This document shows, one piece after another, positions 25,651 through 38,290 of a DNA stretch of 64,000 nucleotides (position 1 is its first letter; each line of letters begins with the position of its first letter). The notes under the pieces are model-generated. The model made no database searches, was not told the DNA's origin, and saw nothing but the letters and a program-made list of their open reading frames with translations. The DNA is from Mytilus trossulus. Taxonomy: Eukaryota. The stretch is from contig NC_086383.1 in the NCBI RefSeq assembly GCF_036588685.1, positions 23,250,001 to 23,314,000 on the forward strand. Reading direction: 5' to 3'. Made by a program: the position numbers and the translations under genes.

Positions 25651-27547
25651 CGTAAAATGATAACATTATAAACTACAGTTATTGCACAAAAAATATAAAT
25701 AAAACACACACACACTATCCATTTCACTTTACTAAGTATCAATAAAGGTACTTTAGATACATGTTCAGCTGCGAATATTTGAGACTGTAAAAGTCAAATA
25801 TCATATCTTCAATATATTCCGCGATCTAACATCAAAAACATATTGTAATATAAACGTAATAAGTATTGTTGTGCAGTTCGTGACCATCTGCATAGGTTCC
25901 AGTTAAAATGTTGAATATAGAAATAAACTTTTGAAATTAGCGTGAAAGATCAACAAAGTTTTCGTGTAACTAAGTCCATTTCTAAATGATGGTACTTGTA
26001 ACGTGAAGTTGAAATATTCAATAAATACAAATAAACTTGTTACAAAAATAAACATGTTTATCTATCTTATACAAAGTTTCAACTGCTACTATAACAAAAT
26101 TTTTGATAGCTATAGACGATGTTGGGAAGGAGTGACCTCTAGTTTGACGCGTCTGATTTATCAGATAACATGACAAAGTAGAATTTCAATACACTGCGGT
26201 TAAACAATTTGCAGACATCATAAATATGTCAAGACTAAGAGATAAAGATACAAGTGGCAGCTGCAAGGAAATAAACACTAACATAAACTTTAATTAATGA
26301 ACATTAATACACATTAAGAAATCGAAAGATATACACAACAGCACGTAATCGACTTAGTTGATAAATTCCATCATGAGAGAGAGAGAGAGTAAATCGTTAA
26401 TAATTGTATATAAAAGTTTGATTCATCATTGAATTTATTTCAAACTATATCTACTTTAAAGTCCCAAAATTTCACATAAATTACAAACATGATTAAAAAT
26501 ACAAAAAATAAAGAGTTTGAAACAATAACCCTACGGGATATCGATAAATATGAATAATGTCTTACATTCCGTCACATAAACAATGTCTGTTAGTTGATTT
26601 GTTATAAAATATCAGTGCATATTGAGGCCTTTTGAAACTGATATTTACATATTGATCTTATGGCGTGCTGGAAAACGACTGTTCGTAATAAATGAAGTGT
26701 AAAGCGCCTTCATCATGTTTGTATATAGTATCCAAGTCAGGACCCTGTTATTCAATGGTTGTTTTCAGTTTCGGTTATAAATTTTTTGTTTGTTTGTGTA
26801 ATCATTATTCAAACTGTTGATTTTCTAGATTGTATTGTTTGACATGACTTTTGTAGTTAGTCATACATACAGCACTATATTTCCATGTTGATGAACGCTG
26901 GATGGCAAATGGTAGTTGCTCACATTCATTTCAGCTTGTCTCTGATGGATAGGTGTCACATTGGTTATTACAACACACAATCCACGTACCCAAACAGATA
27001 TTTAGATGGAGGCAAAAATAAGTATAAAATTGTATTTCAAAAAGAAGGAATCATGACATTAACCTTACACACGACAGGGAACCTTTTTTGTATATGAGTA
27101 TTCTGCTTTACCGAATGGATTCTACCGTCAATCTTTTAACTCCTTTTGATCATGCAAACTTTTAAACCGCGTCCCTTAGGAAGGACCTTTTGGCTGACCT
27201 AACCTATATATTTCATAGGAATATAAGAATTTTCTATGTGTTTCGACACAACTGTAAAGTTGAAAACCTCCCAAATGAAGAAAAAAGTATGTATTTAGTG
27301 AACACAATGACCGACCTGCTGTCAACTTCAAATAACTAAAACATTGAGTTGTGACACAAACAAACCCAGTGATAGATTTTTGACTTAAAACAAGCATATA
27401 AATATGTACCCGGAATAAAGTAATAGTACGAGACGCTTCATCCTCTTTTTAATATCAATAAGTTATACAACACAATAAACACAAACGAACATACACTAAA
27501 ACGCAATATCGTTAACTAATCACTGTGGTGCAAAAAAACAATTAGCT

Positions 27548-27745
27548 CCCTTCCGGAGCACCTGAGATCACCCCTAGTTTTTGGTGGGGTTCGTGTTTTG
27601 TTTATTCTTTAGTTTTCTACATGTATGTTGTGTCATGTGTCCTATTGTTTTTCTGTTTGTCTTTTTCATTTTTAGCCATGGCGTTGTCAGTTTGTTTTAG
27701 ATTTACGAGTTTGACTGTCCCTTAGGTATCTTTCGTCCCTCTTTT
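27548..27745 (+). mobile_element. 3' fragment of the Penelope-like family
   Basis: Near identical to 13830-14020 (cccttccggagcacctgagatcacc...tttcgtccctctttt). Further copies at about 39072-39208, 42950-43100 and 62843-63022. Confidence 0.8.
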
Positions 27746-27764
27746 ATTAAAAAATAGTTATTAA

Positions 27765-28528
27765 GGATGTACACCTCTGAGGAGCCAAAAATTTCTAGAA
27801 TTAAACTTTTCTTCTAACCCTGTTTTTTGGGTTCATATGACTGTAAAAAAATAATTGGTGAAGAAAAAATCATATGGTGGTGCACTTCTTTCTTTGCTAC
27901 GGCCCTTTGAAAGTACTCAATTTTGATGATTTTCTCATTTTTCATCAGTTTTTACCTATTTTTGGGCTATAATCATGAAAAAAATCACATTTCCACAATT
28001 AAACTTTTTGTCATACTTTCAATAAAGATAAAGGGGACCAATCTGAATAAATTTGAATTACAAAAACTATAGGTAGGTGTTAATATAAGAAAGTTTTATC
28101 ATATTTTGATGCTTTTTTGTGCCAAATTTACCATGTTGTCAATTTTGTCAATTTGTGATTTTTCTCCGTTTTAAGTACAAATTGCATATTTTTTCAACTT
28201 CTTTGTTATAAATGTTTGAAAACATACATAATTATCTAAGAAATTTGAAAAAAAAGGGATGTGCGATGTACATGTTTCTGGTAAAATAATTTTTTGTATC
28301 CTCGAAATTTTGGCTAAAAATACTGACTTGATTGGTAATAAAATTTGAAAAATTGATTACTCAAAAACTACTCATTGGAAAAACCCAATTTTTTCAAATA
28401 GTTAAGTTTGATTATAACATTTTTTAAATTCATTCATATTTTCCACTTGTACCACATGTTTTAGACATAATTCCAGAACGAGATTTCAACGAGACTGAAC
28501 GAGACTGAAATGTCAGAAGAATACATCC
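27765..28528. mobile_element. Kolobok-like MITE (TTAA TSD)
   Basis: ttaa|ggatgtacacctctga ... tcagaagaatacatcc|ttaa. Confidence 0.75.
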
Positions 28529-28565
28529 TTAAAAAGATCAAACAACAGTCTCAGCAATCAGTAAT

Positions 28566-28660
28566 AGTTATCGGACTTGGTGTGTCAGTGTCAGATCAGT
28601 CCGATGGACGGATGCCAGAAAATTATCTGACAATGACACACCAAGTCCGAATGTGATAAC
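28566..28660. repeat. Inverted repeat / hairpin
   Basis: agttatcggacttggtgtgtcagtgtcagat ... atctgacaatgacacaccaagtccga..gataact. Confidence 0.8.
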
Positions 28661-28765
28661 TGTTTTACATCCCAGCTGTTTCAGATTAGACGATAAAACA
28701 TTTACAATGCATAAAATCTTGTAAGAACGCCACAAATCCATTATAATAAACTTTATATAATTAAG

Positions 28766-28923
28766 AAATAATTCATGGGGGATGGAATATATCGTGATTT
28801 TACCACGGGTTGGCCCTTTATCACCAATATTTTACCCTGAGCGACAGCGAGGGGTAAAATATCGACATAAGGGGACAACCTGTGGCAAAATCACGATATA
28901 TTCAAGCCCCCATGAATTATTTT
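28766..28923. repeat. Long imperfect palindrome (about 160 bp), probably the end of a non-autonomous element
   Basis: aaataattcatgggggatggaatatatcgtgattttaccacgggttg..atattttaccct gagcgacagcg aggggtaaaatat..caacctgtggcaaaatcacgatatattcaagcccccatgaattattt. Confidence 0.85.
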
Positions 28924-30662
28924 GATTCTAATAGTACAAATACGGCTTTTATTTGGGATCGAAGCGCTCTAGGTGGAGGCAAATATTTGCCGTTCCAATA
29001 AATAAACGCACTTTTAAATTGGCTTAAACGAACGGAGCAAACTGAATTAGTGACATGCTTAAGTTTTTACAATAACGTATTCAGATAGTTTTGGGTGAAT
29101 TTAAACCATAATTTACTTTTAATGTCTTATATGTTTGAAAAAAAATCGGCTTATGCCACATTTAGCATCGGTTGTTTACATTTCTTGTTTTGATGATTTT
29201 TGTTTTGACAATCGTGTATTTTCCCGTAAAATGCTCATATTTCTACGTCAAATAGAACGAGTGCAGTATAAATGTTTATACGGCAACTGTGCTATTTGTG
29301 CAGTCGTAATACTGACTGTAAAACAAGTTCACTTAAACCAGTCAATGATTGCATAAAGCCTTGACATTGTTATGACTGCACAAAAAGCACATCATGTTTT
29401 TCGGGATAATTAGTATGTATCTTACACAAAAAGATAAAGATTGATCTGATTATTTCTGATTTGTATGCAAATCAATTTCAACAATCCAAAATCTTTTTTT
29501 CAAAGTTCTCATTTCAGACGAAACATTGTAATGCAATGTTTACTATGAATCGATTAGCTGCAAGAAACTTTCTTCTATTCTAAAAACTCCAATCATTAAA
29601 AAACTCATAAAATTTCTCGTTACTTTATAATGTTGCTTGAAAAAGAAATATAAGCTGAGAACTGGATAATATGAACGAGTCTTCATTTCTACCGGTTATC
29701 TTCAACAAGACGAAAATTTATAAGGAAGCATAAATTTCACTTAAAGTCATAATAAACGAGTGGCCGGTGAAAAAAAAAATCCAATTCTTGAACCAATGCA
29801 TACAAACATTAAAAACTAAGTCTTGTGTGCACGATTTTATCATTTTTATTTCGCTTGAATTTCGTATAATCGTAAATTTTTTTTTCAATCGGTCAGTGTT
29901 GTTGTGAAAATATGGCAGGTAATTAAAGTTCGTGTTTTGAAGCCGAAGTTTAACGATTGTCACTTGTTTGTCAACAATCAACAACTTATATGAAGTAGAC
30001 CCAACGATATATGTGGTATGAATTAAATCAAGTTTATTTGGGCCATATAGACTTAGCAGTTTATTTGATAGTTAAGTCCTTAAATTCCGAACAACAGCAT
30101 AAATCACCCGTGAATATTTTCTTAACACCTTTCACGTTTTGTATTGTGTTTCGACAATCCTTTCTTGACTAAATACATGTTTAAACATCAAACAGATAAA
30201 AACTTGTTTGCATATTGAAGTGTTGTAGGCAGCTGCATGTATGGGTTATTTAATATGAAGGTCCAAATACTCATATGGTCTGGAACATAAACAAAACAAA
30301 CAGACATAATTTCGATGTTGAGTAGTCTATTCAGCACTAATACCATATCTTTTATCTTTATAATCGGTAAAAAAAAAGAAGAAAATAGGAATACAGCAGG
30401 CAACATTGTGTTATAATCTTTTATAATTTAGTTTACAATGCTTTTAAACAAAACCATTATATTTTCAATGAGCTTAACAAGACACATGACCATCTGTTTT
30501 GATTGAAAATAAACTTTTTGCTACACACATAATTCAATGATACACGGAAACTTCTGATTTTTAAAGGAAAACAAATAAATCGAGAAAAAATATTCACTTT
30601 ACAATCAGTGAGAGATGTTTTATACTTTTTTTTTTTAGAGCGTCACTGATGAGTCTTATGTA

Positions 30663-31840
30663 GAAGTCCGTATCGAAAAACAAATATATGACTGGATTTA
30701 CAACAGTATTAAGAAGATGTCCTCTGTATACACATAAAGCTATGACGTAGTTAACTTCCGTTAAATTATCCCAGAAATTAGCTATAACAGATTCTGTAAT
30801 CATCAGTGCAATTCTAGGGATATAAGAAATACAAAAAAGTATTGTTATAAGGAAGAACATAACTGAGAATCGATGTTTGCGCGTAATTAGGCAGATAATT
30901 CTGCCAAATTGTGATTTCTGTCCTGTTTGAATAGCAGAAGGGACATTAAAGTTATTCCCCTTGATATTTGGTCCGCCTTTCGTGGTCTCCTGTTTGTTGT
31001 TTGTCGTCGTTGAATCAACCTGTGTGCTGTTGGATTCTACTTTGTCGATAGAATAATCACCATCGGTAAAATTGGATGACTCTGTTTGAATTGTATTTCC
31101 TGAACTATGTTGTTCCTTGTCGCTTAAAGATTGTTTTTTTGGGTCTGTAAATACTCCTCTTCCTGAAAGATTCTTGTTTGAATATTTGACTGAGTATCAA
31201 CGAATATAATATGATGAGTGCAAAAATACCAGACAAACACATAAATAATAATGTAACTGAATAACCAAATAGAAACTTTTGATTCACATTTGGCACAGCT
31301 CCGCAATTATACCCCGTAATTGTTCTGTTTTCGTTTTTCAATAAAACCTCGTCTTTGCCGTACAAAACCAAACAGGGTACTGATATAACTGTTGATCCAA
31401 TCAGGATTGCTGTAATTGTGAATCGTTTACTGCGCAGGCTCATAGAAGAGTTAATTAATCGACTGACCTTGATATATCGTTGTACAGCAATTGCCAATAG
31501 CATCAGAGCCGAGCTAAAGGAAATCGATTGGTGTAAACCAGACTAATTTACATATTAAGTCACTTCGAAAATTAAATGGATTAAAGTTCATAGAAATCGC
31601 ATATGTTGCTCCAATGCTACAAGCTATCATATCGACTAGAGATAGACAAGGAATAAAATATCTGTCATCCATTTTAGATTTCAGTTGAAATCTATAGACG
31701 AACAAAACCAAAGCATTACCAACGAGACTGGTTAGTAGAAACACAAATGGAAGTACAGTGTTTGGTATCAATAACTGAACCTTAGCATTGTTTAGTTATT
31801 CCAGGTATGTGTTGCTTTGACTTTTGTTTGAAATCATCAT
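30663..31840 (-). pseudogene. Rhodopsin-class GPCR pseudogene (copy 1)
   Basis: Paralogous to 50057-51271. TAA at codon 15 (31796-98), a 2-nt deletion near 31535, a frameshift in the T-run near 31135, the C-terminus after DTDF replaced by repeat sequence, and the upstream acceptor AG changed to AT. Confidence 0.9.
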
Positions 31841-31935
31841 TTTTCTTCGAATCTTTTGATTATAAAATAAATGAAAGTACATAATATTTAATTGCTTTCA
31901 ATGTCAAATACTCTAATAATTGTATGATATGTATA

Positions 31936-34900
31936 CACTGTGTATCATCGCCACCGGAAATTGGGTACTAACGAAGCGGAAAGAAATAAAAAAAAAAAGT
32001 AAACAAGTTAGGAATTCATTCAATTTAAAGCATTTCCACTCATTTGATGAGGGTACCGCTTTAGAAATGATTTTCTGATATATAATTCTTTAAATTATTA
32101 GTCCGATAAGTACAAAGTTAATAACAGATTTTGTGTAATATTCCAAAACTTGCCACTTAGTACTGGAAAATTTCGAGGTCTATTATCCTCTGTCGCCCCA
32201 TTCTCAAGATATTGAACTGTTTTTTCATTATTTGTTCAGACACGTTTTTAGATAATTATAGTGTGGCATCATATTTACTGAAATTTGTTGTCAAAACATT
32301 TTTTTAAAAGAATATGGACAAAAACATTTTATGTTTGCTGTACGGCGAATTGCAGGACGTTGTACGGCGAATTGTAAAATAACAACTTTTGTCTGTACGG
32401 CGTCTTGCAATTTATTATAATGTTAAGAGGAAATTAATCACTGTTTAGATAATATCAAGTGACGATATTTTGTTGATATCAAAGCTTTACAGGCTTACAA
32501 ATATAAAAAATGTCGTACTTATCAAATATTATTAAATGTATGCCGTTTATTTAGTTTAGGAGTACTCGTTGCGTACCGCTTTTCGATTTTCAACAACGAA
32601 AACTTGTACCTTATACATGTTATAGTCGGCTATAAAAAGCACCGACCGAAAAATTTGGAAAGACTCAACAAGAAAACTAACGGCCTAACTCATAACTAAA
32701 CAATTTATGAAAACAACACATAAGATAGAGATGAAGCAACGACAACCACCGAACCACAGGATCGAGAATTCGAATAGACACATAAAATTGTTTTATCAAT
32801 TTATTTCTGAAATGATTCATTTGTAAAAAGAAAAATTAAGAAAATACTTTGTTTTCATCGAAAGTAAGGAGAAACAAATCGTGAATTGCATTTACAATTA
32901 ATTTTCTTGTCAGTTTCTTTTTGAAAATATATAATTTGTATACATCTCAAATGCTGTCAAGCAAATGGTAGTTCTATCTAATGCATAATTAGATGGTGGT
33001 GGTGGTGGGTTTTTTTTTGGGGGGGGGAGTTGTTAATATGTTAACAGCACCTCAATTTTGACAAAAAAGTTAACAACAAATTTTAAAAACTGATAAGAGT
33101 TAACAGCAACTTTAATTTACCCTTTTTTCCAAACGAACACAAAGCAATGAAAAGTAGAAGTGCATATCTTCAATGTATTCAAAAGTTTGAAAACCACTGT
33201 ACAAATTCGCAGAAATGCCAAGCTCCATAAGGAATCTTTTATAAAGCTGACTAATTTTCAGAATACACACGCAAGTACCATATATTTGTTTTATTGACAC
33301 ATGGACAGACAATTGAATGGATGGAAAAGCAGAAGGAGTGATTGACTACAAGAAACATGACACTACATGTATTTTATGAATAATCGAAAATGCTTCAAAC
33401 AGCAAAAGGGAGACATCTTCTAGTTATGTATATTGTTGAGTAAGTGTTTTATGTCAATCAGTCGTAGCAAACTTGAGTTATCGTCAAGACGTAGGAAAGT
33501 GTAACAAACAGATAGAATGAGTGAATGCTTTATATATAGGGCGCGAACATTATTTTATTTATGGCGGGGGCTCTTATATATATATAGACCATGGTTACAT
33601 CTCAGTCAGGGTATTCATACGACTCATTGCTAAACATAATTTTATTAAAAGGAATTGCGAAGGTTTACCGATTTTTATTTTAACTCATCAAAACCACTGT
33701 ATAAATCAGAAAGTAACATGTAAGGTGTCACAAGTTGAAGCATTCTTTCATCTCCAAGTCCTAATTAACAACTCTGAGTTGATATATAAAAAGCCTAGGA
33801 CCATCTTTTCATTTCTGAAGTCTTAGACTAGCAAATTTGTCATCAATTTGAGAACCAAGTCTTCATTTTTCGGCCTCTTCTACCAGGCCAAACTGTTCAG
33901 TTACTTTACGAATTGCAAATTGAAAAGGTACTTAATTTTTCACAATTCCGTCCAGGTACTCTGGGTCAATATTACTTATCAAACATTCCATATACATCTT
34001 AATTATTTTCATCATAGGACTGACCAGGGTTTTAGCTGGATAAGAAGTGGCCTTTCATTTTAACGTTTTTGATACATTACAAATAGAAGTCAGACATAAC
34101 TACATTGGTTAGACATATGAAGAGGGGTATGAGATATCCCTACGTGTTTAACAATGCCACATTTGTTGCACCTGCGTGACCCAACTTGAGTCCGTAACCT
34201 TTGCTATATGGTCTTTGTGTTTATTTCATTTTTTAAATTTTGGTTCATTTATATGTTTCAAGAAACAAACATTGAACTTCTATCCCCTTTTTGTAGTTAA
34301 ATGATTGCTCACTTAGGAGACAGCTTCAGGTATACCAATACACAGTTATAAGTTTAGTTCCGCATAATAGCCATGGTAAATTTTCTAAATATGATAGATA
34401 TATGTCTATGGTTTCAGGAAAAGTATCACTCTTATTGATTGAAATTTTCCTTTGGACCAAGTTTTTGAGATCTTTGTGACATGTTCAACCCCCTATTTTG
34501 CAATATTTGGTATCAAATAAATGCTGATTGTTGCCATGGTTACACAGAAAAAGAGATTATATTTCACCATTATTATTATGGGAAATCAATTCTCTTTCCA
34601 TAAAAAGGACAAAAACAGTTTAACATAAAAAGGTACGCCCCCCAGTGTCTGGAAAAATAATGAAAAACAGTTCAATTTCTTGAGAATGGGGCGACAGAGG
34701 ACGATAGACCTCGAAAGTTTCCGGTACTCAGTGGCAAGTTTTGGAGTATTACAAAAAATGTTTTATTAATTTTGTACTTATCGGCCTAATAATTTATAGA
34801 ATTATATATCAGAAAATCATTTCTTAAGCGGCATCCTCATCAAATGAGTGGAAATGCTTAAAATTGAATTAATTCTTAACTTGTTTACTTCTTTTTTTAT

Positions 34901-34950
34901 TTCTCTCCGCTTCGATAGTACCAAATTTCCGGTGGCGTTGATACACAGTG
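31936..34950. mobile_element. Non-autonomous DNA transposon with about 300-bp TIRs, CACTGTG ends and a 5-bp TSD (Transib/RAG-like signature)
   Basis: gtata|CACTGTGTATCATCGCCACCGGAAATT ... AATTTCCGGTGGCGTTGATACACAGTG|gtata. The TIRs at 31936-32232 and about 34655-34950 align throughout. The GPCR paralogues lack the insert. Confidence 0.75.
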
Positions 34951-35796
34951 GTATAAATAAACAAGAACGAATTTGTTACCGTTGCTGGTACATTTCAAAA
35001 CAATTGGAATCTATTCATTTGTACATTCATTCACGACAATAGTGCTCGATCTGTTATTTCATCAATACAATCAAAAATATTAGAGTTATACATCTGACAA
35101 AATATTTCAAACCTCTTCTTTTAGCAACTTAATTTTTCGCAAAGTTGCATTTTCACCTAACATTTAAAGCCTAGCAAAACTCATGCTACATTGTACATGT
35201 TTATGTCTTAGAAATAAGAAAATGGAGAAGTGCAATAATTTATTACAATAGACTTTTTTAATGGAAATGAAACGAAAACATTGCTATTTTAATTCTAACT
35301 ACAAAAACCTCATTCAAAAATTGCCTAATTTTATTTGAAATTTTTTCTCTGATGTCGATTTTTTAATATGTACTTACTTACATCCTTGCTATTCGTTTAC
35401 TTTTTAGGTTATGAAAATTTTTATATACAATATTCGGTCAATGTCAGAAAAATATCACTTTTGTTTGTATGAGGCTTAAAATCTAGGGAACTCCGATAAT
35501 TAACGAGTCGTTCAACAGTTTCGTAGTGAATAAAAAAAGTTGATATTTTTTTTTACATTGACTTAATACTTATATTGATTTATACTACAGAAAAAAGGCT
35601 ACAAATATATTTATAAGAGTTTAAACACACAAAAAAAAACTATTTATTTTCCTTTATGAACCCCTATAGGGAAGATAAGTAAAAGGATATGACATCGACA
35701 TTTCACGATATATTTGTTCGATAAAGACAACAGGAAGTGCTCTAGCTACAGAATACAATAGTTTATACTTATACATCCCGTCATTGTGGTAAAGAG

Positions 35797-36416
35797 CGAT
35801 GGGAATTTTTTGTATTCGTGTCTTTCATTTTTGCGACGGGAATGTTTTGTATTCGTGTCTTTCATTTTTGCGACGGGAATGTTTTGTATTCGTGTCTTTC
35901 ATTTTTGCGATGGGAATGTTTTGTATTCGTGTCTTTCATTTTTGCGACGGGAATGTTTTGTATTCGTGTCTTTCATTTTTGCGATGGGAATGTTTTGTAT
36001 TCGTGTCTGTCATTTTTGCGACGGGAATGTTTTGTATTCGTGTCTTTCATTTTTGCGACGGGAATGTTTTGTATTCGTGTCTGTCATTTTTGCGATGGGA
36101 ATGTTTTGTATTCGTGTCTGTCATTTTTGCGACGGGAATGTTTTGTATTCGTGTCTGTCATTTTTGCGATGGGAATGTTTGTATTCGTGTCTGTCATTTT
36201 TGCGATGGGAATGTTTTGTATTCGTGACTGTCATTTTTGCGATGGGAATGTTTTGTATTCGTGTCTTTCATTTTTGCGACGGGAATGTTTTGTATTCGTG
36301 TCTGTCATTTTTGCGATGGGAGTGTTTTGTATTCGTTCTCATTTTTGCGATGGGAATGTTTTGTATTCGTGTCTGTCATTTTTGCGATGGGAATGTTTTG
36401 TATTCGTGTCTTTCAT
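35797..36416 (+). repeat. 37-bp minisatellite, about 17 copies
   Basis: Unit gggaatgttttgtattcgtgtct(t/g)tcatttttgcga(c/t). Confidence 0.95.
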
Positions 36417-36962
36417 GTTTGTTTATGTGCTTTGACTTGATGATTTTTTTGTGCTTTTTGTTACATAGTTGACTGGTTTATAGTGATAAAGATTATAACA
36501 CAATGTTGACTGATGTACCCCTATTTTTGACATTTTTACCTATTGGGTCTGTTTGTTTTGTAACAAATCGGTGTCCATATAAATGAAATGTTATGCGACT
36601 GTCATCCATGTGAAAGTTTTAGCAAGCTATAAAAACCAGGTTTAATCAACCATTTATTACATAAGAAATTTCCTGCACCAAGTCAGGAATATGACGGTTA
36701 TTATCCATTCGTTTGTTGAGTTTGAGTTTTTGATTTTGTCATTTTGTTAGGTCTTTAAATTTTTCTCGGAGTTTTTTTTTTCAGTATTTTTGTGATTTAA
36801 TTTCTACTTAATTTTTGTGAGAATACCATTGTTTTGTCTATCACTCAATTCAATTGTTATACTTCTTGTAACAGAAGAAATTGTGATCACGTATTAGATA
36901 AAAATAAACTAAACTGCAAAGACAGGAAATTTCGATCTAATTGAAATTATTGTATTTATTAA

Positions 36963-37235
36963 GGTGGTACCTAACACTACAGGGAGATAACTCTGTAATA
37001 TCAGCTAAACGTTTTAATTACGTTGTGTTGTGAAGGCAATATAAAACTTCTCAGTGATCAAAATGAGTGTTTGTCAAACTGCTATATAACCAGTGTAATT
37101 TTTCTGATAAAACGCTTGGTTCAAATTTTTTGAATTTTTTATATTTTTTTTAAAGGGTCAAAGTAAATACTTCGTCAAAATTTTATAAAAATTAAACGAG
37201 CCAAATTAATTTTAGTGAAAGTGTTGGGTACCACC
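36963..37235. mobile_element. Kolobok-like MITE (TTAA TSD)
   Basis: ttaa|ggtggtacctaacact ... agtgttgggtaccacc|ttaa. Absent at the paralogous site near 45295. Confidence 0.9.
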
Positions 37236-38083
37236 TTAAACAACTATTTAAACATCCTTATTATATTGAAAATATGTAAGAAATCTTCCGTTTTCAATCC
37301 TTTACTTTCCGACATTGTTTTCGTAAATTATCTTACAACTACCGGATTTACCTATAATGCCTTCAGAAGTCATTGTATTAACAACAGATGTTTCAAAGAG
37401 TACGCGATCGTTTTTTTCATAGAATAGACTAAAAAAAAGTGAATTACATTTACTAGTAAAAGCCTTTAACTTAAAGATGGCAACGGCTTGATACATTTCA
37501 ATGTTATTTGTTCACATTTTTGATAAAAAAAATCTTACAATAAAAAGATAAGTATAGTTAAAAACGAAATAACTCCAACCAGACATCAAAAGAGAAGCGA
37601 AAGATACCAAAGTAACATTCAAAATGATATGTTAAAAATAAACAAAAATGCCATGACAAAATCAAAATCAAAAATGCCTACAAGCTCACTAAGACGCATA
37701 ATAAAGAACTTAAGACAACGATCAACACGAACCCCACCACAATATGTGAATGATATTAGACTATTCGGAAAGGTAAAAAGTAACAAAAAAAATAAAAAAT
37801 ACGATACTCCAAGGAAGATTTACTACCAAATGTCAATTTCGCAAAACAAATCCTGCTCATCGTGAGGCACGCGTCTTGTTGCTCATATTAATAAAAACAT
37901 CGGTGATAAGTCTTTATCAGTTGGTCATATTCGACGAAAAAAGGGACGATATCTAGGTAACATTAATTTGAACACGTTCAACTTTAGACCACCGGACGGG
38001 GCGGGACGGCCTCCAATAATACGAAGCGTTTATATCGCTTCATCAACTTTGAACATGACCTGCCCTGCCCACTATGAATGAAT

Positions 38084-38290
38084 TACTATGGATTCATAAA
38101 ACATTGTTGAATACCAATTTCCGTGGATTTCGTGGGTACAGATTAACCACGAAATGAACTGTTCAACAAATAGCAAAATTTCTATTGACTTGTATGTAGA
38201 CTTCGACAAAGCCACGTAATCAGATATCCAGGAAAAGTTTCATTTAATCCTCGAAAATGTCTACCAACGAAAATAAATGAATCCACAATA
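38084..38290. mobile_element. Small Tc1/mariner-like MITE (TA-flanked)
   Basis: tactatggattcat...atgaatccacaata with internal ttcgtgg/ccacgaa repeats. Related copy at about 40978-41224. Confidence 0.6.

Noticed and set aside
32994-33030. G-rich run (ggt)n-t9-g9 as a G-quadruplex
   Set aside because: Simple low-complexity sequence inside a transposon, with no supporting context.
35786-36472. Long Cys/Phe-rich ORFs in all three frames
   Set aside because: Artefact of a stop-free 37-bp minisatellite.
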